A stretch of 64,000 nucleotides of DNA from positions 9,268 through 73,267 of the forward strand of contig MFAS01000001.1 in NCBI GenBank assembly GCA_001774685.1. The letters are read 5' to 3'. The notes beneath the pieces were generated by a model. It saw only the letters and a program-made list of their open reading frames with translations. It made no database searches and was not told the DNA's origin. The first letter of the stretch is position 1; each line of letters begins with the position of its first letter. The position numbers were made by a program, and so were the translations under genes. The stretch is from Candidatus Collierbacteria bacterium RIFOXYD2_FULL_45_13. GTDB taxonomy: Bacteria > Patescibacteriota > Microgenomatia > UBA1400 > MFAQ01. Shown one piece after another: positions 58,367 to 64,000 of the stretch.

Positions 58367-60181
58367 ATGGCGAAAACCAAAAATCCCTTATCCAGCTTAA
58401 AAGAATTTCTCATTACCTACCGCTCCACGGTCAAGCTAGTCTGGCAAATTGATCGGTCTGCCTTTATAAAAATCACTCTAGCCAACGCCGCTTTCGGTGC
58501 CTTAGTTTATCCGTCACTTCTCGTTAGTAAAATGCTCATTGACGCGGTTATTCAATCGCTCACCACACAAGAGATATCCAATGGACTAAGGATCATGATC
58601 ATTGCTTCTATTGGAGGTTTGGTCATCGACCGTATTCAGCAAGTTCTTCAGGAAGTGGACCGTATTTTAAGTCGGTTACTTTCTGATTCCCTCCAAGAAA
58701 AAATTCAAGTTGGAATTGCCAGAAAGCTTAATCTACTCCCAGTGGTTCAAGCGGAGTCGCCAACGGTCAGAGACCTTCAACAGAAAGTTTTGGATAGTTC
58801 TGGTCGTTCGATATGGTACCTAGTCAACCCTATTTCTACTTTTCCTGAAATCGTTTTTACCATAATCTCATCTGCCATTCCTATTTTTTCTTTTCAGCCT
58901 TTAATCATCATCCCTTGTATTCTGCTGGCACTCCCAAATATCCTTATCGGTATCAAAACTTCTAAAGCGTGGCACGACCTTTCCACTGAGTACTCACCTA
59001 AATGGAGAGTTTATCGTGCCCTTGAAGATTTCGGGACTAAAGGTCGTTACTTATATGAGAACAAAGTATTGGGCCATGTAGAAATACTACTGGGCAGACG
59101 ATTCAAAATGGCCCAGGAATACTTCAATCTCTCACGTGATCTAGATAGCAAGTATTCTGTCCAAAGACAGTTTGCTACGGTTCCTCTCTCAATCTTTCAA
59201 ACAGGTACGAAACTTTACCTATACTATCTAGCCATTATCCAAACCTTATCGTTGGGTACCGCCCAGATAACCAGCTCAGGCATAGATCGGTTTATTGGCA
59301 ATATTGGACGTTTGATCAGACAAGCCAATGATATATTCCAAAACTATCTCTTTATTTCAGACTATGAAAAATTCATGGCTCTTCCAGAAGAAGATCAGCT
59401 TTCAGGGGTAGAGATTCCCAGCACGCTTCATGAGGGCATTGAGTTCAAAAATGCTTGGTTCAAATACGACCACTCACCTAGTTGGATTCTCAAAGGTGTC
59501 TCTTTCAAGATTGATCCGACGGACAACATCGCCATAGTCGGTGAGAATGGCGCCGGGAAGACAACATTAATCAAATTGATCTGTCGATTTTACGAACCTC
59601 AAAAAGGCGAGATTTTATTGAATGGTCAAAACATCAAAGTTTTCAATATCAAAAATTACCGTCATCACCTCTCCGCTCTTTTCCAAGATTTTGCTCAATA
59701 CCCCTTTTCGGTCGAAGACAATATAAGGTTTGGCGACGTCGACAAAAAGAGAACCCGCATCGGGATCAAAAAGGCCGCCAAGCTTACCGGAATCATCAAC
59801 TTCGTGCAATCCCTACCCTTAGGCTTCAAAAACCCTTTAGATAAAGAATTTGCTGGTGGAGTAGAGCCATCAAAAGGTCTGTGGCAAAGAGTTGCCTTAG
59901 CCAGGATCCTTTATCGTGAAGCGTACATTCTTATCCTTGACGAGCCCACCTCCAATGTGGACCCCGAATCAGAAGAACAGATCTTCGCTGACGTTTTACG
60001 CGTTGCAAAAAAGAAAATGGTTATCTTGGTCTCGCATCGCTTCAGCACCGTTAGAAAAGCTGACAAAATATTGGTTCTGGAAAAAGGTCAGGCTGTTGAA
60101 TACGGTAGTCACGAAGAACTGATGAAAAAGGCCGGCCGCTACAAAGAATTATTCTCCATCCAGGCCCAAAGCTACCAATAG
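58367..60181 (+). CDS. ABC exporter (TMD plus NBD)
   Basis: GENGAGKT, FQDF, LILDEPTS, VSHRFST; atypical signature PSKGLWQR. Confidence 0.92.
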   Translation: MAKTKNPLSSLKEFLITYRSTVKLVWQIDRSAFIKITLANAAFGALVYPSLLVSKMLIDAVIQSLTTQEISNGLRIMIIASIGGLVIDRIQQVLQEVDRILSRLLSDSLQEKIQVGIARKLNLLPVVQAESPTVRDLQQKVLDSSGRSIWYLVNPISTFPEIVFTIISSAIPIFSFQPLIIIPCILLALPNILIGIKTSKAWHDLSTEYSPKWRVYRALEDFGTKGRYLYENKVLGHVEILLGRRFKMAQEYFNLSRDLDSKYSVQRQFATVPLSIFQTGTKLYLYYLAIIQTLSLGTAQITSSGIDRFIGNIGRLIRQANDIFQNYLFISDYEKFMALPEEDQLSGVEIPSTLHEGIEFKNAWFKYDHSPSWILKGVSFKIDPTDNIAIVGENGAGKTTLIKLICRFYEPQKGEILLNGQNIKVFNIKNYRHHLSALFQDFAQYPFSVEDNIRFGDVDKKRTRIGIKKAAKLTGIINFVQSLPLGFKNPLDKEFAGGVEPSKGLWQRVALARILYREAYILILDEPTSNVDPESEEQIFADVLRVAKKKMVILVSHRFSTVRKADKILVLEKGQAVEYGSHEELMKKAGRYKELFSIQAQSYQ

Positions 60182-60679
60182 TTCGTCCGCCGCCTCTTCG
60201 ATAGTTTCCTCCATCTCTTCGGCTTCTTCTTTCCCAAATTTTCCCAGCACATAATCCGCCCCGGACACCACTCGACCTAGTTCGCCGCGATTGTCTATTC
60301 CAAGCCTCACTCTCAAGAAGTTCTTGTCCGGCACGCTTGTTTCCACCGAGCTGACACCATTGTGTACCTTTGGGCCTATTCCGGTTTGAATTTTATACTC
60401 GCCTAACTTCAAATCTAGATCGTCATGAACCAATATCAAGTCGTTTGCGGAAAGTTTGTAAAAATCCATTACCTTTCTCACCGCTCTTCCGGACTCGTTC
60501 ATAAACGTTTGCGGTTTGATAAAGAGAACATCCTTATCCCTATAGATTAAGGACTCAAACTTACTTTCCGGTGAAAACCTGGCTCCTCCCGTGAACTGAT
60601 CTATAAACACAAAACCAGCATTATGTCGTGTATTTAGATACTCGTTCCCCGGATTCCCTAACCCTACAATTAGTTTCAT
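60149..60679 (-). CDS. pth: Peptidyl-tRNA hydrolase
   Basis: LIVGLGNPG..Y..TRHNAGF, KPQTFMNESG, HDDLD, HNG. Confidence 0.96.
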   Translation of the reverse strand: MKLIVGLGNPGNEYLNTRHNAGFVFIDQFTGGARFSPESKFESLIYRDKDVLFIKPQTFMNESGRAVRKVMDFYKLSANDLILVHDDLDLKLGEYKIQTGIGPKVHNGVSSVETSVPDKNFLRVRLGIDNRGELGRVVSGADYVLGKFGKEEAEEMEETIEEAADELLVALGLDGE

Positions 60680-60713
60680 TTATGTACCAATTTTATCCTT
60701 TATAATCCTTTTT

Positions 60714-61277
60714 GTGAAAGGCTTTCTTCTTCTCATACTGATATTAACCATCTTACTGTATCTTCCTCTAAATCGGCAAAAACCCAAATACCGGCTAAAC
60801 CTACGGTTGGACGACCGGATACCATTAGTTTCCTGGACCGTCTGGGTCTATGTCGCCTACTATCTCTTAATCCCTATATCGGTTATTTTGACTTGGAACT
60901 CCATATACGCGACCCCTCTCCTGATCACCCAAATTATTGCTACCGCTTTTGCTTCCACAATCTGGAGGATCTTCCCCAACGGAGTCATCCGCCCAACGAT
61001 CAGACAACACTCGAGCCGTAGCCTCAGGTTATTGAGTTTAATATACCACCATGACCGTGACTGCAACGGTTTACCCAGCGGCCACGTGTTGCACTCCTTT
61101 ATCTCCTGTTTCTATTTGGCTCAGTTATATCCACAGGTCTGGATTGTTTGTTATTTACTTCTCATGGCAATTAGTTTCTCAACCTTGACCACCAAACAGC
61201 ACTACCTCCTCGACATGATCGCCACTTTGATCATTGCACCTTTTATTATCGAGCTATCCTCTATAATCCACTTATGA
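60714..61277 (+). CDS. PAP2-superfamily membrane phosphatase/phosphotransferase
   Basis: NGLPSGHV and TTKQHYLLD motifs, TM helices. Confidence 0.8.
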   Translation: MKGFLLLILILTILLYLPLNRQKPKYRLNLRLDDRIPLVSWTVWVYVAYYLLIPISVILTWNSIYATPLLITQIIATAFASTIWRIFPNGVIRPTIRQHSSRSLRLLSLIYHHDRDCNGLPSGHVLHSFISCFYLAQLYPQVWIVCYLLLMAISFSTLTTKQHYLLDMIATLIIAPFIIELSSIIHL

Positions 61278-62146
61278 TTGTTACCAGCAAACCCTTTTTT
61301 TCCGTAATCATCCCGGCGCTCAACGAAGAAAAATACCTTCCTCTCTTACTCGCTGATTTAGCCAAGCAAACCACCCACGATTATGAGGTAATCGTTATTG
61401 ATGGTGTCTCTAAAGACAGAACTGTTGAAAAGGCCAAGTCATTTAAGAACAAACTTCCTCTACTCACCATCCTCTCTTCAAGTGTTCGGAACGTTTCCGT
61501 ACAGCGAAACATGGGTGCCAAGCAGGCCACAGGAAAATATCTTTTGTTTAACGACGCCGACAACAGACTTCCGGAATACTTCCTCGAAGGTCTCAAATAT
61601 CAGCTTCACGTCAAGCCACTGGATCTTTTCACTTGCTGGTTCAACCCTGACTCCACTACTGCTTCCGACAAAGCTGTGGCCAGTTATATGAACATCATTG
61701 TCGAAACCGCCTCGCTACTCAATCAGCCGGCAGCCTATGGAGCTCTGATAGGTTGTCGAAAAAGTATCTTCAAAAATATCGGTGGCTTCAACCGTGAGGT
61801 GGGCTTCGCAGAAGATACCGAATTCGTAAATCGAGGTCACCACAAAGGTTATACCTTTGACATAATTCGCGAACCGCGGTATATATATTCCTTTCGTCGC
61901 TTTAGAAAGATGGGTAAGTTGAAAATGCTTCAAAAATACGCTGTTCTGAACCTTAAGTTTCTCACTAATCAAAAGGTGAATCAGAAAAAAGAATACCCCA
62001 TGGGTGGCGGATATCTCGAAGAGGAGACCAGAATCACACCAGGCCTTACAAAACTAATTCGGTTAGCTTTTAAGAAGAAGGGGAAAAAAACCAAAATCAC
62101 CGACCGCATTCGCGCACTTCTGAGTCTTGAAGAAAACCAGCCCTAA
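61274..62146 (+). CDS. Glycosyltransferase family 2
   Basis: SVIIPALNEE, VIDGVSKDRT, RNMGA, DAD, AED, RRF. Confidence 0.92.
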   Translation: MIVTSKPFFSVIIPALNEEKYLPLLLADLAKQTTHDYEVIVIDGVSKDRTVEKAKSFKNKLPLLTILSSSVRNVSVQRNMGAKQATGKYLLFNDADNRLPEYFLEGLKYQLHVKPLDLFTCWFNPDSTTASDKAVASYMNIIVETASLLNQPAAYGALIGCRKSIFKNIGGFNREVGFAEDTEFVNRGHHKGYTFDIIREPRYIYSFRRFRKMGKLKMLQKYAVLNLKFLTNQKVNQKKEYPMGGGYLEEETRITPGLTKLIRLAFKKKGKKTKITDRIRALLSLEENQP

Positions 62147-63108
62147 GCCAACATCAGTTGGATTCCCACAAACATCGCATAGACACCCACCAAGACGGCG
62201 CCTTCCCACCTATCCAATTTATGCTTGGTTTTCGTAAACAACCAAAATAGTCCCAAAACGATCAGCAGAAACAGGCCGGAAATACCTCGCTGGAGCGACT
62301 CGACGTAAACAATCGGACTAATTAGAGAAATTATTCCCAGAATTAACGTCGAATTGACCACCACACTACCCAGTACGTTACCCAATATCAACGATATTTC
62401 CCTCTTCTCCGATGCCACTATTGTCAACACCAGCTCCGGCAGGGTGGTCCCCGTGGCTAGAATCACCAGTCCTACCCAAAATGGACTCACCCCCCAAGAA
62501 CTGGAAATCCTGATAACTACATTTATCAGCATCCACGCACATACACCCAATACCCCCAGTCCCACCACCAGCTTGATGGTTTCGACCAATGGTTCCATTC
62601 TGGTTTTTAAACGATGCACTACCGGCTTTCTCCCGGAAAGTTTTAGGTGTTTTAAAGGTGAGTTGCCATTGCGAACCAAATTGTTCACGTATATAAAATA
62701 TAATAAAACCAGCACCAATCCATCAAATCTGGACAATTTTCCATCGGAAATTAAAATAAATGGAAACATGGCGATCCCCATAGTAACCCACAGTTCTTTT
62801 CGTAGGTAGTCACCAATGACCGGAACGGACCCAAACACCAAGGCTGCCCCCCCAATAATCCAGCTCAGGTTGGCCAAGTTGGCTCCAACAATATCTCCCA
62901 AGGCAATTTGTGGTTGCCCACGTAATGCTGCCGCCACACCCACGAACAATTCGGGTAATGAAGTCGAGAATCCCACCAATACCGACGCAAGCATCAGACG
63001 ATTGGTCCGGATATCATGAGCCAGTTTCTCAAATATTCCCACCGTCGCACCCGAAGCAATCACCATTATCAAAATCAGAGTTACTCCATACAAGATATCC
63101 AGAAGCAT
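62143..63108 (-). CDS. Calcium/sodium antiporter (YrbG/CaCA family)
   Basis: Two alpha repeats: STSLPEL..GDIVGAN and GTTLPEL..GNVLGS. Confidence 0.9.
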   Translation of the reverse strand: MLLDILYGVTLILIMVIASGATVGIFEKLAHDIRTNRLMLASVLVGFSTSLPELFVGVAAALRGQPQIALGDIVGANLANLSWIIGGAALVFGSVPVIGDYLRKELWVTMGIAMFPFILISDGKLSRFDGLVLVLLYFIYVNNLVRNGNSPLKHLKLSGRKPVVHRLKTRMEPLVETIKLVVGLGVLGVCAWMLINVVIRISSSWGVSPFWVGLVILATGTTLPELVLTIVASEKREISLILGNVLGSVVVNSTLILGIISLISPIVYVESLQRGISGLFLLIVLGLFWLFTKTKHKLDRWEGAVLVGVYAMFVGIQLMLA

Positions 63109-63132
63109 ACCTTCATTTAACCACAATTCAAT

Positions 63133-63765
63133 TCACTTTTTCCTTCTCTTTCCTACTTCGATCAAAATGGGTACCACAGAAATTGACACAATCATCAGAG
63201 CCACATAGTGGAAGTTTTCTTTTACGAAAGGAAAATTCCCGAAGGCGTAACCGCCGATTAAAAATATTGTTACCCAAGAGATACCGCCAATGATGTTGTA
63301 AAACACAAACTTTCCATAATGCATTTTACTAATTCCGGCAACAAACGGAGCAAAGGTTCTGACAATAGGAACAAATCTGGCAAACACGATCGCCTTACCA
63401 CCATGTCTTTGGTAAAACTCCTCAGCTTGCTCCAAATACTCTTTTTTAAAGAACCTGCTACGTCCATCAAAGATCTTTTTTTCCAGCTTATCACCGATAA
63501 AGTAGTTCACAGAATCCCCAAGTATGGCCGCCGCCACCATCAACAAATAGAGAAATAAAAGGTTGAAAGATCCCATCGCCGCCAAGGCTCCTGCCGCAAA
63601 CAGCAAAGAGTCACCTGGCAAGAAAGGAGTTATCACCAATCCCGTCTCCATAAATATCACCAGAAACAAAATCAGATAAGTCATGGTGCCATACTGGGCA
63701 ATCACCAATACCAAGTTTTTATCAATATGCAAAAAGAAATCCAAAATCATTTGTAAAATCTCCAT
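63133..63765 (-). CDS. DedA family membrane protein
   Basis: ETGL...FLPGDSLLFAAG, GD..NY, ARFVPIVRTFAPFVAG. Confidence 0.93.
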   Translation of the reverse strand: MEILQMILDFFLHIDKNLVLVIAQYGTMTYLILFLVIFMETGLVITPFLPGDSLLFAAGALAAMGSFNLLFLYLLMVAAAILGDSVNYFIGDKLEKKIFDGRSRFFKKEYLEQAEEFYQRHGGKAIVFARFVPIVRTFAPFVAGISKMHYGKFVFYNIIGGISWVTIFLIGGYAFGNFPFVKENFHYVALMIVSISVVPILIEVGKRRKK

Positions 63766-63779
63766 TCTTCTATTGTATC

Positions 63780-64000
63780 TTAGGACATTGACAGTTTGGC
63801 AATTTCTTCGACCTCTTTCCAAGTAGTTGCCTGCTTTGGTCCTTTATCTTCCCGAAACTTCACTAGTCTGGGAAATCTCAGGGCCACACCGCCGGCGTGA
63901 TTGGGGCTCTTGGTTATTTCGTCTGCAGCTACCTCTACTACCACTGAAGGCTCCACCCACACGTCCGGCACCAAAGCGCCGGTAACCAAATAATTGCTCG
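63780..64000 (-). CDS. ATP-dependent DNA ligase, C-terminal OB domain (partial; 5' part outside window)
   Basis: PDVWVEPSVVVEVAADEITKSP..ALRFPRLVKFREDK. Confidence 0.88.
   Translation of the reverse strand, partial: SNYLVTGALVPDVWVEPSVVVEVAADEITKSPNHAGGVALRFPRLVKFREDKGPKQATTWKEVEEIAKLSMS

Noticed and set aside
26231-62146. Convergent gene overlaps (murF/ddl, peptidase/murB, nagZ/trxB, ABC/pth, GT2/antiporter)
   Set aside because: Short 3' overlaps of 4-33 nt are ordinary in compact genomes.

Overview
64-kb window from a Patescibacteria (CPR) genome. The 16S signatures (e.g. GTGCCAGAAGCCTCGGTAA) suggest Microgenomates/OP11. It is mostly housekeeping: a stand-alone 16S rRNA plus tRNA-Ile (no adjacent 23S), eight aminoacyl-tRNA synthetases in about 32 kb (leuS, aspS, glyS, hisS, tyrS, thrS, lysS, argS), dus, mnmA, pth, murA/murB/murF/ddl, trxA/trxB, a three-ligase RimK/ATP-grasp operon and a CHASE-PAS kinase with its receiver. 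The most interesting content is non-coding and was read by eye. (i) Two T-box riboswitches have ultra-short Stem I hairpins whose apical loops carry the cognate codon (CGC before argS, ACC before thrS). (ii) A full-length T-box controls an uncharacterised tandem-GNAT gene. (iii) Two homologous leaderless 20-21 aa leader peptides (YHxxFL..FGR) with attenuator hairpins precede hisS and a glutamate-cysteine-ligase-family gene. (iv) Three copies of a ~110-nt structured element show compensatory base changes. (v) Leaderless gene starts are pervasive, in contrast to Shine-Dalgarno-led orphan cassettes. Protein-level oddities include a tandem TRPM-like SLOG (LSDAT) pair, a circularly permuted DsbA, an active-plus-degenerate tandem metallophosphoesterase, an alpha/beta-hydrolase-C39 fusion and in-frame octamer-repeat insertions. 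No database searches or folding programs were run; family calls rest on motif recognition.
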